A stretch of 64,000 nt of DNA from Giardia intestinalis (taxonomy: Eukaryota), in NCBI GenBank assembly GCA_000002435.2, contig CM018792.1. The stretch is one strand, 5' to 3'. The notes under the pieces were generated by a model. It saw only the letters and a program-made list of their open reading frames with translations. It made no database searches and had not been told where the DNA came from. The position numbers were made by a program, and so were the translations under genes. Shown here in pieces: positions 8,701 to 19,711 of this stretch; positions within the stretch are counted from its first letter, which is position 1; each line of letters opens with the position of its first letter.

Positions 8701-11381
8701 CTCTGTGTGAACCGGCTTTCTAGAAACCTCTGTGCACGGCCAACCTTCTGCACATCTAGTTAACATCCCCCTTCGGTGAAGCGTACTCCAAGGACTGAGC
8801 ACTGTAAGATAAGCACAACGAAGCAAAACCCTTTGCAGTCTCGCTCAACACTGGCAACGAGCACGCAAGCACGTATAAGGGTACTTGAGGAGCGGACTGT
8901 GATCCAGACTGGTCAGTAGCTGGCCCTGTAGCACTCACCGCATAGGCCTCCGTTGCGCCGTATGCATAAGCCGTTGGTCTCCCTTGAGGACAGTGGAGCG
9001 CCTTGTGGTACTTGTCTGAGTGCACGATTATCGCCAGCAGGCGTAGGGGAGCATCTGTATGCACAGAGATCGCGGACGTGATCAAAGGCGCGCCCGCTGT
9101 AACGAGCTACCTCGCCTTGCTAATAACGATAGTCCCAATCGTGGGATTTGGCTCGCACTGAACATCATGCAGGGATGTGCCTAGTGCTCAAGAAGGCCAG
9201 CACAGCAGCTGCCAACCCGCCAGGTGCATTTGCTCTCCCATCGTGGCAAGCACAAGGGGAAATGGTCGCCGGCAAAATAGCTAAGGCGTACTGGCTAGTG
9301 TCATCGTGCACATGTGAGGACGGCTGCTCTCTTCTACGCACATAGTACACTGTCCATGTGTGCCACCGTCGTTCCGTGTGCTGTTCGTGCTTATAGTACT
9401 TGCGATATGTCAGAGGCTAGAAGACGCTTCAAAAGGCCTTTGAGCCCCTTGTCTAGCGGGCTAAGCGACGAACACAATAGGGCCTGTGCACGGAGGTGCT
9501 ACTCTGGGGAGATAGCCACGATCACAGACATACCTAGTTTTTTAGCTCAGCGAGAGGCCACATGACAACGCCCCCTTCAGGGCCCGTGCCGCGAGCAAGG
9601 GACGTATCTAGCCGGGCAGGAGCAACGCACGGCGGTCTCCTTCCCCGCTGTACCGCCTGCTAGCAAATAACCGTGTTCTAGAGAGATGGCTGGACAGCAC
9701 CCATGGGTTGTTCGCACACGTTTCCACGATTGTCTGCTCTCCTGTCCGGCCACAGGAGGGTGCGGTCTCAGGTGTATCCATGGGGAAGCATTCACCTCTG
9801 ATGGGAATGGATTGGTCGCTTTCCCAGCTTCAGCCAACCAAGTAGTCCTGTCTTCAAGGTATACCGGTAAACCTTGTCTAGCACATACACCAGTGCGGTA
9901 TTCAGAGGCCATAAAACGCTGCGCTCAACGTGCCTATCAAGCTTAACGTGGTTACGTCCAGTCGTCCCGTCAGTGGGCCACGCCGCTTCCTAGCTAGCAG
10001 AGAGCTATGCATCACCCTCCACAAGCTTCTCTCCCAGCTGCCGCTCGTTCTGTGGCCCTAGCATTCTGGCCTTGCTCAAGCTCGTGCCTCTTCCACCCGC
10101 TACGCTGTAGGAAGAGATGCAAGCTCTCGGTTCACAGGGTGCTCATAGGCGTAACTCCACAGCCTAGCATATGCAGCAGTAGTTTGCATCCTCTTGAACT
10201 GCACTATGTCTGCCGTACTTATTGTAGTGAGCCACGTGCTTATCAGCTCTTCCATCTCTCCTGCCTTAGACGCATCAGGTAGACCCAGCAGTGTCCTGGC
10301 CCTTTCCTTTATTGATACACTCACAAGAGTCGCTCATAGACGCCTGTCTTCTAACTTTGATGCCTCTGTACACGGTTCGTGGCCTCCACGACTAGTCACA
10401 CATTCTCCGGTATCTGCCATTTCTGGAGGAGGTCTACTGACTAGGAACACCACTTACACCATTTGAGCATCACAAGCAGCAGACGCTAGATCCTTCGCTC
10501 ACTGCTACGCCGCATTCAATGACTCCCTACAAGTGACCTGTTACTAATTATACTTACTGGTGTTAGATACATGACAGCATAAGCACACGCTGTAGCGGTC
10601 GGTGCTCTCTGTTTGCTTTTGAGATCCAAGTCTCTATCGATATGGTACTTGTCCCGCTTGCATTGTTGGCATTTGCACGCCTGGGTCTGTCAAGACCGCT
10701 GTGGTAATGAGACAGTGCCTCGTCTTTGTGTATTGAATGACTCCGGTAGACCATATGAAAGGCTGTTCGGCTGTTTCTGGCTAAGCCTGATGGTATCTTC
10801 TTTGCATGCCAAATAACGGGCATCACACGGCTCCACAAGAGAGATGCCTGCTCGTCATCCTACTGCAGATCCAAAAGCACTCTCCGACTAGCAGCCCTCT
10901 TTAGCATTTGCTTGATGTAGCTAAGAGAAGTCTCCGTGCTTCTGTTCCTCGATGCGCTTACACTGCTTCTCCCATAAAGCATTTCTTGAGGGTTACATAC
11001 GCATTCACTATCTTATATACAGGATGAACGCGAACGGCCAAGTGGTTTGGCCAAGGATAGAACAGCTAACGAGTGATCAACTCGCCCACTTGCATTCTTC
11101 CCATACGCTGGAGTTGTAACAGCTTCAACTCGACTACTTTGTAGTCTAACCATCAACTCCGGGTGGCTCAAATTCAAGCACAACCACACACCCCACTGGC
11201 AAAGTCCTAATTCTCAGCAAGCTATTGGGTGGTGTTACAATGACATAACTATCCAAATTAGATTCAGCCTTCTTGGCTTCTGTCTACGCCAGTGTTACTA
11301 GAGTATCTTTGAAGGAAGGGTCCTTTCACCTGCATCTGAGACCCTCTCTTCGGCCTTTCTCAGTATAAGATATGGGTTTCT
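5708..11381. other. 5.7 kb ORF-poor tract (no ORF longer than 126 aa) between the VSP and the subtilase gene. Its nature is unknown; it could be degenerate, pseudogenic or non-coding.
   Basis: The six-frame track shows only short scattered ORFs with no consistent frame or strand. Composition is roughly even GC with no obvious periodicity. I could not recognise any rRNA, tRNA or telomeric (TAGGG)n signature. Confidence 0.5.
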
Positions 11382-13922
11382 CTACTCCTTGAATGCTCCC
11401 CCAAGAAAGGCGGCAGCTAGCACACATAGGCCTGTCACAGTAGCAGCTAGCAAGCGGGGTCTGTATCGAGCCTCAGAGGACACGTCGCCTTCTTCATCAG
11501 GCAAACCCCCGTCCTCTTCTGGTGAATATGTGACCCTGATGCTGTTTGAGACAAACACATCTTCGCGAAGTGTGGTACGGTCGAGCTCCGTAATCCCAGA
11601 CGGGACAAAGAGAAGCCTCCCTTGGCCGCTGAATGCTTCCTGTTCGACTAGCCCTGTTAGCGTCAAACCAAACTCTTTTCCGTTAACCTTCGGGCCTGTA
11701 CAACTGAACTGTATATCTGTGGCAATCGTAACAGGAGTTTGAGGTGCGCTTCTCCAAGCAGTCTGCGTTCCACTCAGATAAAACAGGGTATACCTTTTTG
11801 TGACAGGATGCACTGTGCAAGTGTAGTACAGAGTGTTTGAAGAAGAAGCTGTGCGCCGCTTGTAGCCAAGCGTACGCATCATCCTCTCCATAACGGTCTC
11901 TGCGTTTTCTTCTGGATTCGTTCTAAAGGCAATGCTACTAGGCCATGCAATAGTAAGGTGAGACTCGATCCCAAAGATCACTATGTCAATGTACTCGATG
12001 AAGATGGACTGATGGTATCCTACGTCAAGGATGTTAATAGTCCAGTCTCCAACGGAGTTCTCTCCGTAGAACAGGTAGGAGTAGAAAAACACACCCTCAA
12101 TATCTTCTGTCGTCACAGAATCTGGCTGGATCATCGTGCCTCTGGTTCCCTCTGGCGATTGCACCAGTATACTCAGCTCCTTTAGATTCGACCCGTTTGA
12201 AGCAACAACTCGGAGTCCTATTTTCTCTATGCGCTTATTTTGCACGACAGATAGCTTCTTCTGGAGGGTGATCCGATCAGGGATGTAACGATCGATTGCT
12301 ATTCGATGGACTCCACACTTTTCCGCACACTCCCCACCATCATCAATAATCACCCCTGTGCAGCCCAGGAATTTCTTACAAGAGTTACCACATCGCTCTT
12401 CCCAAGCCTGACGGCTCATGTAGTCTTTTTCTGAACCATATATGTGACGAAGCGCCTTAACATAAGAGAGGGAGGCATTCACATCCACCAGTCCAAACCC
12501 GTATGTATTCGAGAAGAGGTATCCAGCAGCGTTTCTTTTCCAGTCGTTTGCGTCGCCGAGGTATGATGAGTTAAGCCCTAGCTCTGTGTGTCTCCCTGTC
12601 TCGGCGATCACGTTAAGCAAATCAGAAAAGCTCATCTGATACCCTAGAGCTGCAAACGCATCGGCCACTAGTGCAAGTGCAGCTGCTCCAATAGATAGGG
12701 CGGACCCAGGCCCATATGCGACGGGGGCAACAACGTCATCAAATCCAAAGGCGACCAATGGCGCGTCTTCTGTTCCAGACGGGGTGCTGAATAGGATATT
12801 CGCTCCGATTCTGGAGCTAGGATAGGTGACAGTGAGTACTGTGTTAGCCTCTCCATGAGATTGCTGGATGACGCTTTGTACATACACAGCTACGGAGGAT
12901 TGCAAATAATTTAACAGATTGACGTCTTCTTCGCCTACACCTGTACTAAAAATAGGGATGAAATCGCCGTTGCAAGAGTCTTTAACATCTGATGCTGCCA
13001 TTACATCTCTGAGAAGAGGAACCAAAGACTCCAAGAGAGAGTTCTTAGCCCTTAGATGAGCAGCGAATGGAATCTCATACATACAAACTAATAGGTTCAT
13101 GAAGCGGGATGATGCGCCCTTTATGCTATATCCTTCCAAGACATCAATAAACGATGCTTCGTACTCTGAGCTAGCAACCATCCCAGAAGATGTCTCCGAA
13201 TCAACCAGTTTAGGTCTGAACACCGTTCTCTCAATGACCTGAGCGTTTCTCGCTACCCCACTGGTGCCTCCAGACATGTGGGCTGCAGCAAGGGTTAACG
13301 CAATTGTCCCGGGTGCATCCTCAGTAAAGAGAGATGCATTAAAGCCGCCACAGTTTATGGAATATTCTTCGTTGAGAGTTAGTTGGGTGCATGTCCTAGA
13401 AATCCCTGAGTTCAGAAACGAAAGCTTAATTCGTCGGCCGGTGACATCAGGATGAATTAACGTAAGGTTATCAGATCGAAAGATGTTTATAAGGTGAAGA
13501 TGATCTAGTGGTTCTGCGTCCTCTGTTTGGTCATTAATATGATAAAGGAGAGTTGTTGTATCGAAAAAGTCGTCACAATAAACTTTATTGACAGCAGCTT
13601 GGCTTCGAAGATGTTGTAAGTATTGCTCTTTTAAACTCTTTTCAAGTTCGGGATGAGCCTGGAGCTCGTCAGCTATTTCGTGATAACAATCAAAAACCTT
13701 CAAGTCCAAAACCCCAAGATCTCGTACAAAATTTGGATCAAGTGTCGTGGAGTCCAACTGATACCCCTCCCGTAATTCTAAAAGGCAGAGCTCTCCTCTT
13801 TCAGAAGTTGTCAAGATAGATATAACAAGTAGCAACAACAATAACATGTGGCTCGATAGCTTTTTGTATCTGCTTTTGTTCTCTACAGTAAACAGCCGCT
13901 GATACCTACGTATATTCAACAT
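11382..13922 (-). CDS. Subtilisin/kexin-like (S8) proprotein-convertase homolog, membrane-anchored. The alternative start Met at 13847 gives a cleaner signal peptide (MLLLLLLVISILTT).
   Basis: There is convertase-like similarity around the catalytic-Ser region and downstream of it. GPGSALSIGAAALALVAD corresponds to furin HTGTSASAPLAAGIIAL. LGDANDWKRNAAGYLFSNTYGFGLVDVNASL corresponds to furin NANDWATNGVGRKVSHSYGYGLLDAGAMV. DSCNGDF corresponds to DSCNCDGY. SGGTSGVARNAQVI corresponds to NGVCGVGVAYNARIG. There is a C-terminal TM helix (LLAATVTGLCVLAAAFLGGAF). Confidence 0.6.
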   Translation of the reverse strand: MLNIRRYQRLFTVENKSRYKKLSSHMLLLLLLVISILTTSERGELCLLELREGYQLDSTTLDPNFVRDLGVLDLKVFDCYHEIADELQAHPELEKSLKEQYLQHLRSQAAVNKVYCDDFFDTTTLLYHINDQTEDAEPLDHLHLINIFRSDNLTLIHPDVTGRRIKLSFLNSGISRTCTQLTLNEEYSINCGGFNASLFTEDAPGTIALTLAAAHMSGGTSGVARNAQVIERTVFRPKLVDSETSSGMVASSEYEASFIDVLEGYSIKGASSRFMNLLVCMYEIPFAAHLRAKNSLLESLVPLLRDVMAASDVKDSCNGDFIPIFSTGVGEEDVNLLNYLQSSVAVYVQSVIQQSHGEANTVLTVTYPSSRIGANILFSTPSGTEDAPLVAFGFDDVVAPVAYGPGSALSIGAAALALVADAFAALGYQMSFSDLLNVIAETGRHTELGLNSSYLGDANDWKRNAAGYLFSNTYGFGLVDVNASLSYVKALRHIYGSEKDYMSRQAWEERCGNSCKKFLGCTGVIIDDGGECAEKCGVHRIAIDRYIPDRITLQKKLSVVQNKRIEKIGLRVVASNGSNLKELSILVQSPEGTRGTMIQPDSVTTEDIEGVFFYSYLFYGENSVGDWTINILDVGYHQSIFIEYIDIVIFGIESHLTIAWPSSIAFRTNPEENAETVMERMMRTLGYKRRTASSSNTLYYTCTVHPVTKRYTLFYLSGTQTAWRSAPQTPVTIATDIQFSCTGPKVNGKEFGLTLTGLVEQEAFSGQGRLLFVPSGITELDRTTLREDVFVSNSIRVTYSPEEDGGLPDEEGDVSSEARYRPRLLAATVTGLCVLAAAFLGGAFKE

Positions 13923-14209
13923 CTAACAAATAGAGATCATCAGGATTAGTGATTGGAATTACTTAACTCGAACAAGATAGTATATGGTCCTTCATCTTCA
14001 GGCCGTTGTATAGACATGCGAGAATTTGTTCAAGGCTATAGAGCTCTAAATGTTAGAAAGACCATGACTGTTAGAATTCAACCAGTCCTAGACAGAGCTA
14101 AAGCCAATGCTGTTCTTAATTTGGTATTCTAGAGAGTCATGGCTCCATTCAAATAGGGAGGAGACAACTGAGCGCAGAATCAAAAAGCTGAGTCTCAGGT
14201 AAGAAACAC

Positions 14210-17200
14210 ATGGGCCCACAAAGTGGTTTCCATGATACCTTAGTGCCTGCAGCACCGATGCATAGCCCTACAAATCACGGGATGGCGCTAGGTGACTCTA
14301 CTTTACCAAGCAATGAAACAGAACCCAGCAGTCTGATTTATGTTCCTTTATTTGGTCTTAAGTACGCACAGCAGTTCATGTACAGCAGTGGCTTCGATTC
14401 TAGTCATCGAGTGCGGCTGAATTTTGACGATCCTAGGGGTTGTTTGCCTAAGGGAGTGAATATTTTTTCGTCAGACCCGTGCTTAGACGGCCATGCTTAC
14501 AGGCGCTGCCTTTCTGGATTTTTGACTGCCGAGTTATCATGTTCACCGCCTCTTTTTCTGGAGCTTCTGGAAGAAAAAGCGGCTAATGAGGACTCGGAAT
14601 CGTCAGAGGAGGACATTTCCGATGCAGCATTCATTCGGCGTCATGTGATAATGGAAGCGCTCGAGCGGATACATGAGCACAGTGCTGCACACTCCTTATC
14701 GTCAAGAGTGCATGCGCCGGTTTCTTGTCTTGCAACTCATATGGACGACACGTGGCTTAACGCTTCAGTTTTTTCCGCAATTGAGGATGCCTTGTCTCTA
14801 AGTAGTGAGGAGCTTTCTCAAGATAGAACGACATACTATTATGAGCACAGTACATCGGCAAGTGCATTTCTTCTCTCTGGAAAGTTTGTAAGGCTTTTGA
14901 GTCCTCAAATAGAAACGCGATTCTGCCATTTTGACTTTGTCTTGCCAGATCCTAGCACTCGCAGAGTGATGGTCACAATCTACCCTGAACCAGAATACTT
15001 TGCTCGTTATGCTAGCGATATTTATGTCATAGCTGATGACATCTCTGAGCACAAGGCGTATGGCGCTTTGTCAAGGGTCCAACGGGAAGAACATGCAAAG
15101 GAAGGAGCAGAGCAATACGGCTCTAAGAGGTCTAGGAATTACACTCAGGATATGGAAGCCTGCGACACCGTTCGAAACTATGCCTCCCACCGACTGCTTA
15201 CCTCGACGATGTTTACTTACGTCCACTCAGCATACGAGCACTGGCTCGATGTTATCGAAAAGCTTTTCATGGGACCCTGGTCCAAGTCTGCTAGTTTTCT
15301 ACGACTTTGTTCACAATTTATAGAGTGCAAAGTATTTGGGTCTCTATCCCAGGAGCACTTTGCTACACCAGAAGACGTATACCTGGCCCAGTCACTAACT
15401 TGCGGGATCAGGGGGATTGTCTGTGATGTCTTCAACAGCTTTGGAGGCAATGTCACAGCATTGCCAGAACTACCAGCAAACGAGCTTTTAGGACAAATCA
15501 ATGAGGCGATCAGTGCTTCAAAGAGCATGCATGATATTCTTTCTGCTGTGGATGTCTTCACAGCCAAGGATGCTCAAGGAAAAGAATCTAGCTTTGTGGA
15601 GTCTTTCCATGTAGACACAGCTAAACCCACATCAGTCTATGAGCTCGCTGAAAAAGGAGTCTATAATTTAAAAGACGCTCAACCTGGTTTCTTGGATTTA
15701 GAATCGTTGCCGGAGCAGGACCAGGTCGGTGGCCTTGAAAAGGACATCCCAAACAAACAAGTATTTTCAGCGCCAACTACACCAAGAATCTTAGAAGCTG
15801 TTGCCCAGAGGTGTATGAACGAATTTTCTGATTTGTTTTGCCACCCTCCTCTTACTACAGGTCCAGGGATGAAACTTACTGGCTTCGAAAGTAACTTTCC
15901 TCATGCGATAAGGGCTCTTATAGAGTTAAAGGGTGGAAGCCATGCATTCTACACACTTACTTCCATGGAAGAAAAGCTTCGCTATCTTATGCCACTCGTG
16001 CTAGATCGACTCTATACCTACCAGCACTTCACTACAGCTACCTTTTTTTATGATTCCCTTTTAGAACACATGCGAGCATGCACTCAGGAGACTCTTCTCC
16101 AAACTCATGATCATGTTTGCTTGGATATTCCATCTGCGCACGCATACTACAAAGCTATTTGTCAGATGATTTTGCGCTTCAATAACATTCTCCTGCGCAC
16201 TTCTCAGGCACAACATAACGGACTCCTTCTTGACGGCATGGAGGCGAGATCGGTATCGTTTGTCGCGTCCTGTACTTGGCCTGAGGGCTGTGTACATGGA
16301 ACCCCTTCTACTGTGTCGTTGACGATCAGGCCACTGTGTCCTTGTTACTTCTGCAATATGGTCGCTATGGATGAAACAGATCTTTGTGTAGACCGTGCAT
16401 ATTCAACATGCAAGGCATGCTTATGCAAGTCCGGAGGAAGCTCTATTAAAGCGCAATCTACCACCGATATGCAAGCTGGCAAGATGGACACAAAGCAAGC
16501 GTCTGCAGGGGCGACGCTATCTATAAGCTATAGAGATTTGTGTGCATCGTTTTTGGGCGAGGAAACACCCAACAGACGAGACAACCTCGTAGCTGAAGCT
16601 TCTATCTTGCGCCTTATTGGATTGGCCAAACAAAGCATGGGATCCAATGTAACACCATTGCTATCAACCGATCACATAGAAGAGGCGCTCTTGTCAAAAG
16701 AAAACGATTCAGAACATAACCTTCAATTCCTTAAGCTTTCCCTGGATGGTAATGTAGAGGGCAAGATTAGAAGCTTGGACGGCTATCTACCTCGAAGGCT
16801 CTCAATGAAGCACGCTCTCCTTATTTATCTCACACTTCTTCCAGACTGCTCCGTGCGGGCCTTTGTCTGTAGCTTTCTACAAACGCGCTTGAGGGAACGG
16901 ATCGCAACCATCTTCAGCCAATCCATGGACTTGATATCTATACCCCCTAGTAAGCACCAGGTGCGCCGCAACCCAAAGCTATCTGTCGCTGAGCTGTCTT
17001 CTGATTCAGAAGATAACCATAGCAGCGCGCTATCATCATCGGGGATGGATTCCGGGCAAGGCTGGACTCAGCGTGGCTGGACGGCGGCTCCTCACAGACA
17101 CACTCGGGGCAATAATCCAAGGGACGGCCTAGATGAGCTTAACTTAGGACAAACCGAGATAATAGAATACATCCCGTCGTGCATCCATAGGGTACAATCC

Positions 17201-17929
17201 TTGACGAGCAGCCGCGATTTTGACTTTGTTGCACAGCAAAACACTTACCAGCACACACGTCACCTCCGACGGGTACAGGCAGGTCTGCAGCGGCTACGTG
17301 ACCGACTACTGGAGCACGAGCCGTTGGTCGCAAATGCCCATGCTTCAACACGGAAGCGGCGGAGGCGAGGGCGTGCATCCGGAAGGGTAATGCTTGCAGA
17401 AGACGTCCTTGCGCTGGAGGGCTTTTCTAACGATCCCTTACGGGCCATGGCCATCCAGTCAGCGGAGGCGCTCGAGGCCATCAGAGCAGAGCCCACCCTA
17501 GCCCCCGGGCCTTCTAGGGTGACACCGATGATGTGGGCTTCTCACCTCTACGGACCCAAGGTGCTCTGGGAGGCCTACCATCAGATTAACTACGGAAATC
17601 ACACTGATGTGCCCCCTGTGACGCTAGAGCGGGGGCTGTGGGCTCCGTCCCGGGCCCGACTACTCCCTGCACACGGAGAGCGGCGGTACCGTACGCTGGG
17701 CTCCGTCGAGGGCCTGGCGCTGGCCGGGCACACGATCACCGTCTCGGGGCTGGGCAGCGGAGAGGCAGGCCTTGCCGAGGGGCCCGTGCAGGTCCGCTCC
17801 CAGCTCCCCGACCCGACGCACACACGCCTCGCCTTCGACGACGTCCTCGCCGCTCTTCTGGGCCTCCAGGAGGGAGGGGAGATGGAGAGATGTAATAGTA
17901 GCAACGTTGTACCAACTATCTGTGAATGA
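14210..17929 (+). CDS. Hypothetical protein, 1239 aa
   Basis: This is a long uninterrupted ORF flanked by short spacers. It has an acidic Ser-rich patch (EDSESSEEDISD) and a basic RKRRRRGR patch. No recognisable domain is present. The 3' ~800 bp is markedly GC-richer than the rest. Confidence 0.65.
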   Translation: MGPQSGFHDTLVPAAPMHSPTNHGMALGDSTLPSNETEPSSLIYVPLFGLKYAQQFMYSSGFDSSHRVRLNFDDPRGCLPKGVNIFSSDPCLDGHAYRRCLSGFLTAELSCSPPLFLELLEEKAANEDSESSEEDISDAAFIRRHVIMEALERIHEHSAAHSLSSRVHAPVSCLATHMDDTWLNASVFSAIEDALSLSSEELSQDRTTYYYEHSTSASAFLLSGKFVRLLSPQIETRFCHFDFVLPDPSTRRVMVTIYPEPEYFARYASDIYVIADDISEHKAYGALSRVQREEHAKEGAEQYGSKRSRNYTQDMEACDTVRNYASHRLLTSTMFTYVHSAYEHWLDVIEKLFMGPWSKSASFLRLCSQFIECKVFGSLSQEHFATPEDVYLAQSLTCGIRGIVCDVFNSFGGNVTALPELPANELLGQINEAISASKSMHDILSAVDVFTAKDAQGKESSFVESFHVDTAKPTSVYELAEKGVYNLKDAQPGFLDLESLPEQDQVGGLEKDIPNKQVFSAPTTPRILEAVAQRCMNEFSDLFCHPPLTTGPGMKLTGFESNFPHAIRALIELKGGSHAFYTLTSMEEKLRYLMPLVLDRLYTYQHFTTATFFYDSLLEHMRACTQETLLQTHDHVCLDIPSAHAYYKAICQMILRFNNILLRTSQAQHNGLLLDGMEARSVSFVASCTWPEGCVHGTPSTVSLTIRPLCPCYFCNMVAMDETDLCVDRAYSTCKACLCKSGGSSIKAQSTTDMQAGKMDTKQASAGATLSISYRDLCASFLGEETPNRRDNLVAEASILRLIGLAKQSMGSNVTPLLSTDHIEEALLSKENDSEHNLQFLKLSLDGNVEGKIRSLDGYLPRRLSMKHALLIYLTLLPDCSVRAFVCSFLQTRLRERIATIFSQSMDLISIPPSKHQVRRNPKLSVAELSSDSEDNHSSALSSSGMDSGQGWTQRGWTAAPHRHTRGNNPRDGLDELNLGQTEIIEYIPSCIHRVQSLTSSRDFDFVAQQNTYQHTRHLRRVQAGLQRLRDRLLEHEPLVANAHASTRKRRRRGRASGRVMLAEDVLALEGFSNDPLRAMAIQSAEALEAIRAEPTLAPGPSRVTPMMWASHLYGPKVLWEAYHQINYGNHTDVPPVTLERGLWAPSRARLLPAHGERRYRTLGSVEGLALAGHTITVSGLGSGEAGLAEGPVQVRSQLPDPTHTRLAFDDVLAALLGLQEGGEMERCNSSNVVPTICE

Positions 17930-18006
17930 TTTCCCGTTGTCAACTAGTGCCTACCGACACCAATAAAATTCTAGGAGTATAGCATCTGATTGTTGATTTA
18001 GTCAGT

Positions 18007-19710
18007 ATGAGCTGTGTCTATAAGCCAACAGTCCTTTCAGGCAGTGTTGTTCACGATGAGCCTGACACAGACTCTGCCAGTTTGTTTGCCCAGGGTTATG
18101 ATAACAGCATTTTATCTTTAGCCAAGAATGCGGATGTTTTATCGGAGGCCTCTAAAGCATTCTGTCCACCGCAAGATTTCAATAAGGTATTGCGGCCTAA
18201 ATCTGTAGGCTTCTGTAGCTGCAGAATTGACCCAGATTTTGAAAACTTCAGAAACACGGTTTTGAGACTTCTTGCTAATGTCCAAGAGGATGTTCAAGGC
18301 TACATCCAGGCAGGAATTTCTCTTCGGAAACAGGAGTATGTTGTTCTAGTTGAGATACGCGACAGAATAGACCGATGTCAGCGTGACATTATGCTTTTTA
18401 TCGACACCTTTTCCGGTGAACATGTACCTCGCTTACGGAGGCAATCGTCATTACTCGAAGCCCGCAATGTAAAGCTTCAGACAAGAGCGAAGAACCTTTT
18501 GGTGAACGAATTAGATGCAGATAAATACTTGAATACAGAGCCAAAGCGAACTAAGGACCTTTTGGAAGCTGAGAATTTGAAATTAAAGAAGGAACTGAAA
18601 GAACTGAAGATGCAGTATGCCTTACAGCTCATACGAGCTCAGGAATTGATCGATAAAATACTTGATACTATCCAAGTGGATAATGTCACGAAAAACCGGC
18701 CTGTGTCATCATGTGCTAGGCCTGGCAGTGCCAGTACAAAGAAAGCTACCAAGGGAGAGCTCCGCACAACTCAACCTAAGTCATCTGCCTCCTCCAGACA
18801 AACTCTTCAGAGCATCAAGAGACAACTCCTCGAGCTGAAAAACGACACGATAGATTTACAGGCATCGGTTCAGAGCGATAAGTGTGGACCTATTTGTCCA
18901 CATGAGCGGGCGCTGAATGATCTACTTAAGGCGATTCGACAAGAGAATGAAGCGCTCCCCTCTTCTAAACCAAATATTGCAGAGCGTGGTGGTAGCGGAG
19001 CAACCTCGGACATCATAGCTATCGTCCATGCAATGAAGAACCTGTTTGAAGCAGCGCCAAATCAGCTGAGTGTCAGTGCTGACAATTCACTACAGACAGA
19101 AAATAACGCGCTTAAGCGAGAACTTGCCAGTCATAAGGACAGAGTTCAGGCACTGGAAGGCGAAAATGCGGCTCTTCTTAAAGAGATATCTAATACAAAG
19201 CAAAGTCTAGATAGGATTCAGAAGAGTACTTCATCTCTTCTTGCCAGTAGTTCAGCAAAACCGCAAGATGTATGCCGGTGTGGTGCATCTATAGCCGCCT
19301 TGGATGTCTCGATGCTATTACAGGAAAAAAGCATCCTGTGTCACAAGCTACAGGAGAAAGATGTGGAGCTTACAAAACTTCAGGCGGAGATTGATGAAGT
19401 CATGCTCGAGCTCATTAACCTCCATGAACGGTATGATGAACTAGAAAAGAACGCAGCATCAGACAAGCCAAAGAAGGACATTGACAGTACACAGTGCCCG
19501 TGGAAACCGCAGGAACAGACAGCTTATAAGGATGTTGTTCCGCATGGTGGTGATAGAGTAACCAGTGAAAGCGTTGTTGATTTCTCAACTCTGTATAGTA
19601 ATCACAAGGCCACCAGTGCCATGATCGCAGACAGTAGCCGCGGTTTGGCAGAAAAGTCTACTAAGGCCAGCAGGCCTAAGAACAAAGGCGTGCGCAAAGA
19701 GCTAACTTAA
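18007..19710 (+). CDS. Coiled-coil protein, 567 aa (hypothetical)
   Basis: There are long heptad-like K/E/L/Q-rich stretches (KKELKELKMQYALQLIRAQELIDK; ENNALKRELASHKDRVQALEGENAALLKEI). Confidence 0.65.
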   Translation: MSCVYKPTVLSGSVVHDEPDTDSASLFAQGYDNSILSLAKNADVLSEASKAFCPPQDFNKVLRPKSVGFCSCRIDPDFENFRNTVLRLLANVQEDVQGYIQAGISLRKQEYVVLVEIRDRIDRCQRDIMLFIDTFSGEHVPRLRRQSSLLEARNVKLQTRAKNLLVNELDADKYLNTEPKRTKDLLEAENLKLKKELKELKMQYALQLIRAQELIDKILDTIQVDNVTKNRPVSSCARPGSASTKKATKGELRTTQPKSSASSRQTLQSIKRQLLELKNDTIDLQASVQSDKCGPICPHERALNDLLKAIRQENEALPSSKPNIAERGGSGATSDIIAIVHAMKNLFEAAPNQLSVSADNSLQTENNALKRELASHKDRVQALEGENAALLKEISNTKQSLDRIQKSTSSLLASSSAKPQDVCRCGASIAALDVSMLLQEKSILCHKLQEKDVELTKLQAEIDEVMLELINLHERYDELEKNAASDKPKKDIDSTQCPWKPQEQTAYKDVVPHGGDRVTSESVVDFSTLYSNHKATSAMIADSSRGLAEKSTKASRPKNKGVRKELT

Positions 19711-19711
19711 T

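Noticed and set aside
17139-17966. Five alternative-frame ORFs (60-115 aa) at the 3' end of gene 14210..17929
   Set aside because: They are contained within a long supported ORF and coincide with its GC-rich segment. They are most likely artefacts of GC richness.
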